Source of the DNA: Candidatus Bathyarchaeia archaeon
GTDB lineage: Archaea > Thermoproteota > Bathyarchaeia > Bathyarchaeales > Bathycorpusculaceae
NCBI GenBank assembly: GCA_038727135.1
Contig: JAVYWL010000001.1
Span: forward strand, 128,001 to 192,000
DNA: 64,000 bases
Direction: 5' to 3'
Each line of letters opens with the position of its first letter. The first letter of the stretch is position 1. Position numbers and translations under genes: made by a program. This document shows, in pieces, positions 20,398-30,267 of the stretch. The notes under the pieces are model-generated. The model worked only from the letters and a program-made list of their open reading frames with translations, did not search any database and had not been told where the DNA came from.

Positions 20398-21690
20398 TTA
20401 AATGTTACATTGTGCCAAGTCAACACTGTATAGGCACTCGTTGCATGTGGGCGTATTTGCGTAACAGTCAACTTCACTGGTTTTTGTATAAAAGCATCCT
20501 AAAGCCGAGTAGGGGCAGTCTCCACACCAAGGCATGTTTTTAGCCATTTCCCGCCTAACTTCTCTAAATTTGACGTAGGCGTCTCGCTGCCAAACTTCTT
20601 CAACCTTTTCTTTTACTGCATCCCCGAAGATTACTTCATGGGCATCTTTCTTGTGGGCGTTAACATAGTAAGGGTGGGTATACATGAAATCTTGGCATGG
20701 TGAAACTTTTCCATCGCTTCTTATGACTAAAGTTCTCTTTTCAATGTAGGGGCATGTTCTTTTCTTGGCGTCTGGGTATAGATTTGGCAGCCTCAAATCA
20801 ATTTGGTATTCGTGTGCAATTTTCTCGCTTTTTTGTAAAACTTTCTCAAGATGACTCAACATGTCAAGCTTTTCTGTAGAGCTTAAAAGTAAGGGTAGAT
20901 TAATCCAGTAGCCCTTCTTTTCAGCTTTGGCCCAAAAGCTTCTGATAAGCTGGGTTGAGGCGGTTTCCATTTCCACACCGTAAGCTTTGCCGAAAAGCTC
21001 TAAGGTAGATTCGCGTATAAGGTTCCACCCGTGTTTCAGTGATGGTTTCAGTATTTCAATTGTTGGCTTGCTTAGGGTTAGATAAATAGTTTCAGTGAAA
21101 ATCTCTTTTGTGTAAGGCAAAACATGAGATGCTATCATATAGTTAACATTGTTCAAAGCTGCAAACTTGACTAGTTCTGGAATGTCTAGGAAATTATCCT
21201 TCATTATGACTGTTTCTAAGCCTAGCTTAAAATCCCTTTTAGCCTTGTCCTTTTCCCTTGCTAGTTCTATAATGTTATTGGCCATTAATTTGAAGTTGGA
21301 ACCTTCTCTTATGCGGCTTAGTTTGGCTTGGCTGATGGTGTCTATGGAAAAAGATATGGAGTCAACACCTATTTCCTTTACAATTTTGCTTGCAGTTTTT
21401 GTAGTTATTAGCGAGCCGTTTGTGCTTATAATGATTTCTCCATTTTCCGGGAGGTTTCTTCTGGCTATGCGGAGCATTTCAAGAATTTGTGGATGAATAA
21501 AAGGTTCTCCGAAGCCATAAAGCATAAGCCTCCTCAATCTTGAAAAGCATGCCCTAGCGATTTTTCTGTATAAGGTCATGTCCATGTTCAATGGCTTTGC
21601 GTTCCAAATACGTCTAACACACATTTTGCAGTTAAAGTTGCACTTGTTTGTAACTTCTATCTGCAGAGCTTCTGGGAATTCATCATCCAT
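20398..21690 (-). CDS. radical SAM/SPASM protein, likely tungsten-cofactor oxidoreductase maturase
   Basis: CNFNCKMC (CX3CX2C), GFGEPF, Cys-rich SPASM C-terminus; downstream of aor-moaD. Confidence 0.85.
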   Translation of the reverse strand: MDDEFPEALQIEVTNKCNFNCKMCVRRIWNAKPLNMDMTLYRKIARACFSRLRRLMLYGFGEPFIHPQILEMLRIARRNLPENGEIIISTNGSLITTKTASKIVKEIGVDSISFSIDTISQAKLSRIREGSNFKLMANNIIELAREKDKAKRDFKLGLETVIMKDNFLDIPELVKFAALNNVNYMIASHVLPYTKEIFTETIYLTLSKPTIEILKPSLKHGWNLIRESTLELFGKAYGVEMETASTQLIRSFWAKAEKKGYWINLPLLLSSTEKLDMLSHLEKVLQKSEKIAHEYQIDLRLPNLYPDAKKRTCPYIEKRTLVIRSDGKVSPCQDFMYTHPYYVNAHKKDAHEVIFGDAVKEKVEEVWQRDAYVKFREVRREMAKNMPWCGDCPYSALGCFYTKTSEVDCYANTPTCNECLYSVDLAQCNI

Positions 21691-21708
21691 GAGGATGCTT
21701 TCCTATGT

Positions 21709-21996
21709 TTAGCCTCCGGCTAGAGGGGGGAATATGGCTATTACATCATTGTCTTTTAGGGTTATCTCTCCCTTCAAGTCTTTAATGTTTCGTCCATTCA
21801 CCATAATTATCATGTCGTCCCTGATTTTTCCCCTATTTCTGTCATAAACATCGTCAATGAATTCTGGCCCCAGTATTTTGGATGAGTTCTCAATCATGCT
21901 TAAGAGTGTTCCATCACATGCAACAGCGAGCTCTCTAGTCTTATATTTGCTTCGCAAAGTTGCGAAAAGCAAAATTTTTACAGATATCATGGCCAA
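21709..21996 (-). CDS. MoaD/ThiS ubiquitin-like sulfur carrier
   Basis: FATLR, VNGRNI, C-terminal FPPLAGG. Confidence 0.92.
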   Translation of the reverse strand: MAMISVKILLFATLRSKYKTRELAVACDGTLLSMIENSSKILGPEFIDDVYDRNRGKIRDDMIIMVNGRNIKDLKGEITLKDNDVIAIFPPLAGG

Positions 21997-22041
21997 GGTG
22001 CTTCCAACAAATGAAAAGAAGAAAAAGGGATTTTTACTTTT

Positions 22042-23919
22042 CTAAAGCTCTATTTCAAGCTCAGCCAACTTCTCCTTTGTTGGAACGCCATTAACCCAGC
22101 CGCGCAGCTTGTAATATTCTTCCTTCATTTTCTCCAGCTCGGTTATTTGGCCTTTTGCTGGGCCTTCCGGCATGGGCTCTTCCAATAGGCGTTTTGGCAA
22201 AGTGTCATCTTTTCCGTCGAATCCATACTTGTTGATTATGACTCTTTCTAGGTTGTAGATGCGCTCTCCAATTTTTAGGATTTCATCCTCCGTCAGCTCC
22301 CATCCAGTGACTGCTGACAAAAGCTCAGCGTAGTCCTTCGTTCCTAAAGCGAAGGTTGTGAACAAACAGTTCACAGCCGAATTAACCACACATGTGAAGT
22401 CTTGGAATATTTTAACCCATTTCGCCTTTTCTTCAGTCTTCAACGGGTCTATTTTTTCTGGTATTCCTAAAACTTCTGGAGAGACCGTGTACCCGGTTAC
22501 ATGGCAGCCTCCTCTATTCGCTGTGGCATAGTTTAGCCCTATGCCTTTTATGGCTCTCGAGTCGTAGGCTGGCATTTCCAAGCCTTTAACGCTCATGGAA
22601 AGCTCCGGATGCCCATAAATCTCGCAGAGCTTCTTTGAACCCAGGGCCAAGTATTTTCCAAATCCAGCTTTGTAGGCTGTTCGCCAAACCGCCTCCACAA
22701 GGGCCGCGGCATTTCCAAAACGTAAGTCCAGGCCTTGCAGGTCTTCTTGCGGAATGTACCCCCTTTCATTAAGTTCCATGGCCGCTGCTATTGTTGAGCC
22801 CATGCTTATTGGGTCCAGTCCAAACTCGTCACAATAGTGGTTTGCCTTAACAACAGCATCTAAATCTTTAACTCCTGTGCTGCTTCCCAAAGCCCAAACA
22901 GACTCGTATTCAGGGCCTTCTGAGGCCAAAATTTGGAACGGCCCAGACTTGACGCTTGTAACTCTTCCACAGCCAATTGGGCAGCCCCAGCACGACCTCC
23001 GACTGGTCAGATATTTTTCTGCAAGAGTTTCACCACTTATCTTCTCCGCGTCTGGGTTCACACCTGTCTGCCAGTTCTTGTATGGCAGTCCGCCAGCAGT
23101 GTTAATTATGTTTATGAGTATGGCTGTGCCGTATGTTGGCAGTCCAACACCGGTGACAGCGTTTGTTTTAAGAGCATCTAAGCATCTTTTTGAAACTTCT
23201 GAGAATTCTTTTGGCTTAGCAACCGGAACCTTTTCTTCTCCAGAAACAACAATGGCCTTAAGCTTCTTCGAACCCATAACAGCCCCAACGCCTGTTCTCC
23301 CCGCAGCCCTGTGTTCATCATTAACTATGCAAGCCATATACGCCAAATTCTCACCAGCAGGCCCGATACAAGCAACGCTTGTGTTTTTGCCACCAACCTT
23401 ATCCCTCAATATTCTACAAGTGTCAAACACGTTTTTACCCCAGAGGTTACTCGCATCTCTTAATTCGGCCTCCCCATTCACAACAGCCAAGTATATGGGA
23501 GACTCAGAGACTCCCTCAACTACAATGGCGTCAAAGCCGGAAAACTTTAGGAAGGGGCCAAACTCCCCACCTGAATTTGCACTTCCAACAGAGCCTGTCA
23601 ACGGCGACTTCAGCGCCATCACATGATATCTGCCAGAAGACGGAAAGCCCGGCACGCCGGTTCCGGGTCCTGTTGCAAATATTAGAACATTTTCTGGACC
23701 TAAGGCGTCAATATCTTTTGGTGAAATTCCGGCCTTTTCATATTCTTTCAAATACTTGTAGAGGAGGTATACGGCGTAACCTTTACCCCCTAGATATTTC
23801 CTTGCAACTTCTTCTGAAGTCGGCTCAACCTTCAAGCTTTTAGTGGTCAAGTTTACTCTGAGAATTTTCCCCATATAACCCCTAGGCATAGAATCACCGC
23901 TGTAAAATTTCTGCGGCAA
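22042..23919 (-). CDS. aor: tungsten aldehyde:ferredoxin oxidoreductase
   Basis: YLGGKG, KSPLTG, IGPAGEN, AGRTGVGAVMGSKKLKAI, CWGCPIGC, EGPEYE, NRGGCH. Confidence 0.95.
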   Translation of the reverse strand: MPQKFYSGDSMPRGYMGKILRVNLTTKSLKVEPTSEEVARKYLGGKGYAVYLLYKYLKEYEKAGISPKDIDALGPENVLIFATGPGTGVPGFPSSGRYHVMALKSPLTGSVGSANSGGEFGPFLKFSGFDAIVVEGVSESPIYLAVVNGEAELRDASNLWGKNVFDTCRILRDKVGGKNTSVACIGPAGENLAYMACIVNDEHRAAGRTGVGAVMGSKKLKAIVVSGEEKVPVAKPKEFSEVSKRCLDALKTNAVTGVGLPTYGTAILINIINTAGGLPYKNWQTGVNPDAEKISGETLAEKYLTSRRSCWGCPIGCGRVTSVKSGPFQILASEGPEYESVWALGSSTGVKDLDAVVKANHYCDEFGLDPISMGSTIAAAMELNERGYIPQEDLQGLDLRFGNAAALVEAVWRTAYKAGFGKYLALGSKKLCEIYGHPELSMSVKGLEMPAYDSRAIKGIGLNYATANRGGCHVTGYTVSPEVLGIPEKIDPLKTEEKAKWVKIFQDFTCVVNSAVNCLFTTFALGTKDYAELLSAVTGWELTEDEILKIGERIYNLERVIINKYGFDGKDDTLPKRLLEEPMPEGPAKGQITELEKMKEEYYKLRGWVNGVPTKEKLAELEIEL

Positions 23920-24011
23920 AGCAGATTTAATACTTGCCCTCTTTAAGGCTTTTGACTTTCAGAAAATCTTAATGGTAAAATCGATAAGACCTAAAGCCAC
24001 CATATTTTAGT

Positions 24012-25790
24012 GTGGAGATTTGTATGGCCCGCATAACTGGCGGCGAAGTTTTAAAACGCTGCCTAATTCAGGAAGGCGTCCGCTATGTTTTCGGAGTTCC
24101 CGGAGACCAGCTATGCCCACTATTGGATGCCATTTACAAGGATAAGCGCATAGAATTCATAACAATGCGCCACGAGGCCGCTGCGGCCCACGCCGCTGAC
24201 GCTTGGGCTAGAACGACTGGGCAGCCTGGAGTCTGTATAGGAACGGTTGGTCCCGGAGCTGCAAACCTTATTGGAGGTGTTTATCCGGCTTTTGCTGACA
24301 GCATACCGATAGTTGTTATTACGGCTCAAAATCAGTCTTGGCGTTCATATCCAGACCAAGGTTCCCAACAAGCTCTTGATCAATTAACGCTCTTTAAAGC
24401 GGTTACGAAATGGAATGCTGTGGTTTCCCATTGGAAACGCATCTCAGAGCTCACCCATTGGGCTTTTAGGGCGGCAATGTCCGGAAAACCAGGCCCAGTG
24501 CATCTAGATTTTCCCTCTGATGTTCTATTCCAAACTGGAGAGGAGGCGGAAGTGGAAATTTTGCCTCCAAAGAGTTATAGGGCCATGAAAAAGCCTGTCG
24601 GAGAGTTATTCCTCATAGACAAAGCTGCAAGAATACTTGCAGAAGCGAAAACACCTCTAATACATGCCGGCGGCGGTGTTCTAAGGTCTGGAGCATCAAA
24701 AGAGCTTATGGAATTGGCTGAATACTTACAAGCCCCTGTTACTACATCAATGAGTGGAAGAGGAGCAATACCTGAAGACCATCCCCTATGCCTTATTCCA
24801 GCGGCGCCGGGCAATGGGGCTATTGTGGCTCAGGCTGAGGCTGACGTTGTTCTTCTCGTTGGTTGCAGACTTGGAGCCTTGGATATGTGGGGGAAACCGC
24901 CGGCGTGGGGTGAACCACCCAAGCAGAAAATCATTCAGATAGACATTTCAGGCGACATGATAGGCTTAAACAGACCTGTTGATTTAGGAATTGTGGGTGA
25001 TGCGAAAGCAACACTTAAGGCTTTGTTGGAAGCCGTTAAAAAGTATACGCCTCCTAGGAAAGAGAATCCCTTCCTTCAGGATTATAAGCGTCTAGAAAGG
25101 ATGTGGCTTGAAAATTTTGAGGAAATGTCACGATTAGACACCGTGCCAATTCATCCGCTACGCGTGGTGAGGGAGGTCAGGGAGTTCTTCCCGAGAGACG
25201 CTATAACAATTGTTGATGGAGGAAACACAGCCGTTTGGTGCTTCTACCTAAACAGGGTTTATGAACCAAACACCTACATTAGCTGTGTTAGTGGTGATTC
25301 TGGACACTTGGGCGCTGGAATCCCATACGCCATTGCGGCAAAACTTGCCCATCCGGAAAGGCATGTTTACTGCATAACCGGTGATGGAGCCTTCGGCTTA
25401 AACATTCAAGAGCTTGAAACTGCAAGCCGCCTCCAACTGCCAATAGTGTTCGTGGTTTTGAACGACTGCGCTTGGGGAATGATAAGGGCTGGACAAACGC
25501 TGTTCTATTCGAGAAGACATATCGGGGTTGATTTCTCAGACATAAGGTATGACGAAGTGGCGAGGGGCATGAACTGCTACGGCGAGAGGATTGTCGAGCC
25601 ATCCCAAATAAAACCTGCCCTGCAAAGGGCTGTGAACTCCGGAAAACCAGCTGTCCTAGACGTCAGAATCGATAGAGAGGTTATACCCCCAGACTTCGCT
25701 GTTCTTGCGTCAATATGGCTTGAAGGTTGTGAACTACCGGAAGAGGAGAGGGAAGCAGTCAAAGAAGCAGCGAAAATCGTGCAACTCTAG
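24012..25790 (+). CDS. thiamine-diphosphate enzyme (acetolactate synthase / hydroxyacyl-CoA lyase-like)
   Basis: FGVPG, RHE catalytic Glu, GPGAAN, GPVHLDFP, TPP motif GDGAFG...LND. Confidence 0.9.
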   Translation: MEICMARITGGEVLKRCLIQEGVRYVFGVPGDQLCPLLDAIYKDKRIEFITMRHEAAAAHAADAWARTTGQPGVCIGTVGPGAANLIGGVYPAFADSIPIVVITAQNQSWRSYPDQGSQQALDQLTLFKAVTKWNAVVSHWKRISELTHWAFRAAMSGKPGPVHLDFPSDVLFQTGEEAEVEILPPKSYRAMKKPVGELFLIDKAARILAEAKTPLIHAGGGVLRSGASKELMELAEYLQAPVTTSMSGRGAIPEDHPLCLIPAAPGNGAIVAQAEADVVLLVGCRLGALDMWGKPPAWGEPPKQKIIQIDISGDMIGLNRPVDLGIVGDAKATLKALLEAVKKYTPPRKENPFLQDYKRLERMWLENFEEMSRLDTVPIHPLRVVREVREFFPRDAITIVDGGNTAVWCFYLNRVYEPNTYISCVSGDSGHLGAGIPYAIAAKLAHPERHVYCITGDGAFGLNIQELETASRLQLPIVFVVLNDCAWGMIRAGQTLFYSRRHIGVDFSDIRYDEVARGMNCYGERIVEPSQIKPALQRAVNSGKPAVLDVRIDREVIPPDFAVLASIWLEGCELPEEEREAVKEAAKIVQL

Positions 25791-25851
25791 CCATTACAAA
25801 GCCTCCCCATTTTTCACATCAGACATAGAAAAGGGGATGATGAGCATTAAA

Positions 25852-27018
25852 TTAGAAATCTACAGCCTTACCTTCAAACGCATACACAAAAAGCTTCCTA
25901 TAATCCTCTGCTGTTGGAACTCTTGGGCTTGCTATAGTGCCAGTTGACCCAATAGCCCTTTCCACGAGGTTATCAAGTTCGCTTTGGAAGTTTTCCCAGC
26001 TAATTCCCAACTCTTTTATGGAAGCTGGCTCGTCAATATCTCTTAAAAGCCGCTTTAAGGCTTGGATAAACTTTTCAAAGGCTTCCTTGTCCGTTTCCGC
26101 CTTAATTCCAGCAGCTTCAGCAAGGGCGCTGAACCTTTCCATCGCTTCCTTGGCCATATACTCAACCGCAAAGGTTAGCACTGCCGCCACACTCTTGCCG
26201 TGGGGGATTTTGAATAAAGCGCCTAAAGCGTGACCCATAGCATGAGCCACACATATTTGAGAGTTGCTGAAGGCAAGACCAGCCATAGTGGCCGCATAAT
26301 GCATATTCTCTTTCGCCTCCCTGTCTTGGCTGTTGCTGTAAGACCTTGGAAGATACTTGAAAACTGCTTGTATGGCATTTATGGCCAGAGCATCTGAAAA
26401 ATGGTTTCGCCACTGGGAGAGGTAAGCCTCCAACGCGTTCACAAGCGCATCAACACCGGTATCAGCCACAAGCCTCTTAGGCATAGTCATAGGAAGCTGA
26501 GGGTCAAGAATCACTATGTCGGCAACCAGCTCCTTTGAGGCAAGCTCCATCTTCCTCCTCTCCCTAGCATCGGTAATAACTATCGCCCATGTAGCCTCAG
26601 AACCCGTCCCGCTTGTAGTTGGTATCGCTATAAGCCTCGCTTTCTTTCTCAAACCAAGCTTCAACAACGGACTTATCTCGTCAATTTGGATGTCCGGCCT
26701 CTCATAAAGCGCCCATGAAGCCTTAGCCGCGTCAATACAGCTTCCACCACCCAATCCAACAATCCAATCGGGCTCAAAAAGGCTAGCACACTTTGCACAT
26801 TTAACCACAGTCTCTTTAGAAGGCTCAGCCTCAACATCATCAAAAATTTCCACGCCCAATCCTGCCTCTTTAAGGTAGCCCACGGCCTTTTCGGCGAAAC
26901 CTAATCCGCGAATCACCTTGTCCGTGACTATTAGCGCCTTTTTGCCCTCAATCTCCCTCAAAAATTCTAGCGCGCCTTCTCCAAAAACTATGGACTTTGG
27001 GGATGCAAACTCCCACAT
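25852..27018 (-). CDS. iron-containing alcohol dehydrogenase
   Basis: GLGGGSCIDAAK, IPTTSGTGSE, HAMGH, PHG. Confidence 0.93.
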   Translation of the reverse strand: MWEFASPKSIVFGEGALEFLREIEGKKALIVTDKVIRGLGFAEKAVGYLKEAGLGVEIFDDVEAEPSKETVVKCAKCASLFEPDWIVGLGGGSCIDAAKASWALYERPDIQIDEISPLLKLGLRKKARLIAIPTTSGTGSEATWAIVITDARERRKMELASKELVADIVILDPQLPMTMPKRLVADTGVDALVNALEAYLSQWRNHFSDALAINAIQAVFKYLPRSYSNSQDREAKENMHYAATMAGLAFSNSQICVAHAMGHALGALFKIPHGKSVAAVLTFAVEYMAKEAMERFSALAEAAGIKAETDKEAFEKFIQALKRLLRDIDEPASIKELGISWENFQSELDNLVERAIGSTGTIASPRVPTAEDYRKLFVYAFEGKAVDF

Positions 27019-27031
27019 GAATGTTAGACCT

Positions 27032-27475
27032 CTAAATAAACTCTGTTGGAACCTTGCTAGCAGTTTTTACAAGCTCAGAAGCCGCCTTGGTATAACGCAT
27101 AATTTTGGCCATATTACCCTTCAACTTAAACTTCCGCATAAGCAAACTCTGAATGGGGTCCAACTGCCCCATTATCAACTTCTTCCAATTGGAATACGGC
27201 CCCTCATAAACAAACTCGGCAGTCTTAGCCTCTCTGCTGGGCACTATGTAGGCGTCCCGACACTTCCCATGCCAAAGATCAACATAAAAAACCATCTCCT
27301 TGTCCAAGCCTTCGTCTGGAGTCACAATAAAAAGGAAGTCGCCCTCCCAGTCCTTAGCAGCGTCAGCATAAGCCTCGTTCTTGTTAAGCTCTTCTTTGTA
27401 GGCTTTAATCCACTCCTCGCTTGGAAACCTAAACTTCCCCATACAAACCACAAAAACACTTTCAAACCAACACAT
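27032..27475 (-). CDS. SCP2 sterol/lipid-binding domain protein
   Basis: FPSEEW...LN...Y..AAKDWEGD and LDPIQSL...KFKLKGNM; true start probably the ATG at about 27442. Confidence 0.85.
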   Translation of the reverse strand: MCWFESVFVVCMGKFRFPSEEWIKAYKEELNKNEAYADAAKDWEGDFLFIVTPDEGLDKEMVFYVDLWHGKCRDAYIVPSREAKTAEFVYEGPYSNWKKLIMGQLDPIQSLLMRKFKLKGNMAKIMRYTKAASELVKTASKVPTEFI

Positions 27476-27527
27476 ATATAATAATTTTAAGCCAATTCGG
27501 CTTACATCGCTTCTGGAGCCCTTATTT

Positions 27528-27606
27528 TGGCGGGCCCGGTGGGATTTGAACCCACGTTCTCCGGCTCCGAAGGCCGGCGCCTTGATCCGTTCTTGGCCAC
27601 GGGCCC
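27528..27606 (-). tRNA. tRNA-Arg(TCG), CCA encoded
   Basis: Reverse complement gggcccgtggccaagaacggatcaaggcg-ccggc-ctTCGga-gccgg-agaacgtgggttcaaatcccaccgggcccgcca. Confidence 0.95.
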
Positions 27607-27698
27607 CTTTTCCTGTGAAGATAATGTTTTAAATGGGTTAAAAGGGTTCTGAAAACCTTAAAAATGTTGGTTTGTTATTACTGTTTAGTGTTGTGGGT

Positions 27699-27773
27699 GG
27701 GCCGGTAGCTCAGCTTGGTTGGAGCGTTCGGCTGATAACCGAAAGGTCGCCGGTTCAAATCCGGCCCGGCCCA
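27699..27773 (+). tRNA. tRNA-Ile(GAT), CCA not encoded
   Basis: gggccgg...ccggccc-a acceptor stem, ttcgg-ctGATaa-ccgaa anticodon arm, ggttcaaatcc T arm. Confidence 0.95.
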
Positions 27774-27826
27774 TTTTCAGCGTTTTGGCATCAATTTTTT
27801 ATACTGCCTATGGAGAACTTTATTGT

Positions 27827-28504
27827 ATGATATCTGTTGAGGAAGTGGTTGCCACAGTTGTACTTTTTGTTTGGGTTATTTTTGTAGCTGAAGTTCTAAC
27901 TAGAAGGCTTTATGGCTTTTTAACGGGGCGGGGTGTGGGGCATTATGTTGCAGTCTATTATAACCGGAAGATTATTCATATCTTGACCGGTGGAGTTGTG
28001 GCTTTTCTTGTGCCTTTTATTTTTAAGACGCCCATTTTTCCATTTGCTATGGCTATGCTTTTGGCTGTTTTTCTCTATGTGCCGCATAGACGCGGCAAGC
28101 TTATGTACTGGTTCCAGACTGAGGAGAACGCTTACGAGGTTTCCTTCTGCATCATGTGGGGTGTTGTGATAACTCTCGGCTGGCTTGTTTCCGGCGGGGA
28201 AAGCTTCTGGTTTGGAGTTTTACCAGTTATTTTTATGTCTGTTGGGGACGCCATAACTGGGATTGTGCGGAACATTCTTTATAAGAGGAGGACAAAGTCT
28301 TGGTGGGGAAACTTGGCTATGGCTTCCTTCTCTATACCGGTAGGTGCAGTTTTAGGCGGGGCTGGGGTTATAGCTGGAGCGGTAGCCTCTTTTATTGAGC
28401 ATTTTGAGTCAAATCCGATAGATGATAATGTTACTGTGCCCCTTTCCTCGTTCCTAATACTTGTTTTGGCAAAGGCTTTTGCGCCTTGGCTCTTGTCATT
28501 TTAG
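27827..28504 (+). CDS. dolichol/phytol kinase-like membrane protein (CTP-dependent)
   Basis: RKIIHILTGG, GDAITGIV, KSWWG, DDNVTVP; start moved to ATG 27827 because the track start lies inside tRNA-Ile. Confidence 0.85.
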   Translation: MISVEEVVATVVLFVWVIFVAEVLTRRLYGFLTGRGVGHYVAVYYNRKIIHILTGGVVAFLVPFIFKTPIFPFAMAMLLAVFLYVPHRRGKLMYWFQTEENAYEVSFCIMWGVVITLGWLVSGGESFWFGVLPVIFMSVGDAITGIVRNILYKRRTKSWWGNLAMASFSIPVGAVLGGAGVIAGAVASFIEHFESNPIDDNVTVPLSSFLILVLAKAFAPWLLSF

Positions 28505-28854
28505 AGCCTTTTCACTAGAAAATAGCTCCAGAGTTTAAAACCAAGTTTTTCAAAAAGTTTTTTGGCGTTCTCGTTCCAATAGTTAACGAGCAGACCAACC
28601 TTTTCAACTTCTAAAGACTTTAAATAAGCCATTGTATTTTTGAGAAGGGCTGTTCCAACACCTTTGTTTCTGTATTCCTTAGCGACATAAATGTCCCATA
28701 TGTACGCTGTTTTCCACGTGATATCCATCACCATCCCTTTGTAATTATGCAATTTTTTAACTGCAACAAAATAGCCAATAATTTTGCCGTTAATACATGC
28801 AGTTTTAACGAGATTTTCGTCGTGGTGGCTTATTCCTAAAACTGCCTTAGCCAC
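28501..28854 (-). CDS. GNAT acetyltransferase, probably 5'-truncated or frameshifted
   Basis: YVAKEYRNKGVGTALL acetyl-CoA motif, N..AKKLFEKLGF; short N-terminus. Confidence 0.7.
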   Translation of the reverse strand: MAKAVLGISHHDENLVKTACINGKIIGYFVAVKKLHNYKGMVMDITWKTAYIWDIYVAKEYRNKGVGTALLKNTMAYLKSLEVEKVGLLVNYWNENAKKLFEKLGFKLWSYFLVKRL

Positions 28855-28917
28855 CCATCTAAATACTCTTGTGGAGGTTCCCAGCCTAACTCTGTCTGGG
28901 ACATGGCTTTAGGGCAG

Positions 28918-30267
28918 TTATTGTTTTGAGATTATGTGGATGTTGTCCACGAGTATTGGCGGTGTATAGGCGCGTATTTCTGTTGGGCGAATTTCGCATC
29001 CTATTTCGATTATGTCTTGTAGTGCTTGGAAGGCGTTGCCCGAAATCATAGTCTCTCCTAGTGCATGTTTGATTTGTCCTTTTTCTATGTAGCTTGCTTG
29101 TTTGGCTATTCCTGAGAATTCTCCGCTGTCCGGTCGGACGTTGCCGCTAAAGCGTCGGACAATTATGCCCTTGTCAACTTCGGCTATGAGATCTTCAAGC
29201 TTTCTTTTTCCGGCTTTGACCACGAGGTTTGAAGGCGCCACTGTTGGAAGCATAGTGTAACTTTCTCTATAGGCGTTTCCGGTTGATTTTCTTCCTTCCT
29301 TATTTGCTGTGTAGGAGTTGTGTATGAAGCCTTCAAGCTTGCCACGCGTTATTATTGGCGTTTTTTGTCTTGGAACACCTTCAAAATCGAAGTTTAGGGA
29401 GCCTATTCCCTTTGGCATTAAACCATCATCAAAAACCGTAAGTTTTGGCGCCGCAACTTTTTCGCCGACTTTTCCAGCCCATAGGCTTCTTCCCCTTTGC
29501 ACGTTGTCGGCGTTCACACTGCTGATAACCGGGTAAAGCAGTATGAAGGAGGCTGGATCTGAGTCGAAGATGACTTTTCCGGTGAAGGATTTAATTGTCT
29601 TTGGATGGAGGGAGGATAGGGCTTTTTCTGCGGCTGTTCTTCCAATTTTTTCTGGTGAAAATTCCTCCAGCATTGTGGAGGCATCATATCCATATGCCAT
29701 GCTTGATGTTTCGCCGCGTTCCTTTGCCACGCAGACTAAATATCCCTCAATACGGGTTGTTTTTTCTTGAACTTCAACTCCGTGGGAATTGGCGACTGCT
29801 ATTTCGTTTAGGATTGCAGAGAACTTTCCATCGTCGATGTCCACGCGTTTGTCGTAGCCTTTCGCTGCATCATAGGCGTTGATGACGAGACTTAGCATTT
29901 TGTCTGCGCTAATGTTGGCGATTTCTGGGTCGAATATGCCCTTTGGAGTTTTTGGGAGCCTCTCTTTTGTTGGAAGGGAAACCCATTCAGGGTTTGGCAC
30001 CGAAAACTTTGCTAGGCTTATGGCGGCCTTGCAGGTTTCCTCTATGCTTTCTTTTGAGAGTTTTGATGTGAAGGCGAAGCCAAGTTTCTTGTCTTTTATT
30101 ATGCGTATGCCTATGCCGCTTTGGGTTTTGAAGCGTTCATTTTGGATTTCAGCCCTTTCAAGGACAACTTCTACTATTTGCTGGTTTTGTACGAAGGCTT
30201 CAGCCTCGTCTGCTCCGAATTTCTGGCATACTTTAACGGCTAATTCTGCAAAATCTAGAAGGCTCAT
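28918..30267 (-). CDS. pmbA: PmbA/TldE family protein
   Basis: FDFEGVP, STGNA.R, SGEFSG, TMISGN; lacks the HEXXXH motif. Confidence 0.88.
   Translation of the reverse strand: MSLLDFAELAVKVCQKFGADEAEAFVQNQQIVEVVLERAEIQNERFKTQSGIGIRIIKDKKLGFAFTSKLSKESIEETCKAAISLAKFSVPNPEWVSLPTKERLPKTPKGIFDPEIANISADKMLSLVINAYDAAKGYDKRVDIDDGKFSAILNEIAVANSHGVEVQEKTTRIEGYLVCVAKERGETSSMAYGYDASTMLEEFSPEKIGRTAAEKALSSLHPKTIKSFTGKVIFDSDPASFILLYPVISSVNADNVQRGRSLWAGKVGEKVAAPKLTVFDDGLMPKGIGSLNFDFEGVPRQKTPIITRGKLEGFIHNSYTANKEGRKSTGNAYRESYTMLPTVAPSNLVVKAGKRKLEDLIAEVDKGIIVRRFSGNVRPDSGEFSGIAKQASYIEKGQIKHALGETMISGNAFQALQDIIEIGCEIRPTEIRAYTPPILVDNIHIISKQ

Noticed and set aside
22877-23843. Long plus-strand ORFs opposite aor (and similar ones opposite tldD, MCP and the kinase)
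   Set aside because: Antisense shadow ORFs with no motifs, overlapping well-supported genes
27528-27773. tRNA-Arg/tRNA-Ile as attachment site of the virus-like region
   Set aside because: More than 4 kb of host genes separate them from the element, and I found no duplicate of either tRNA 3' end near the far boundary
27719-27826. N-terminal extension of the dolichol-kinase-like ORF
   Set aside because: Overlaps tRNA-Ile; ATG 27827 is the plausible start
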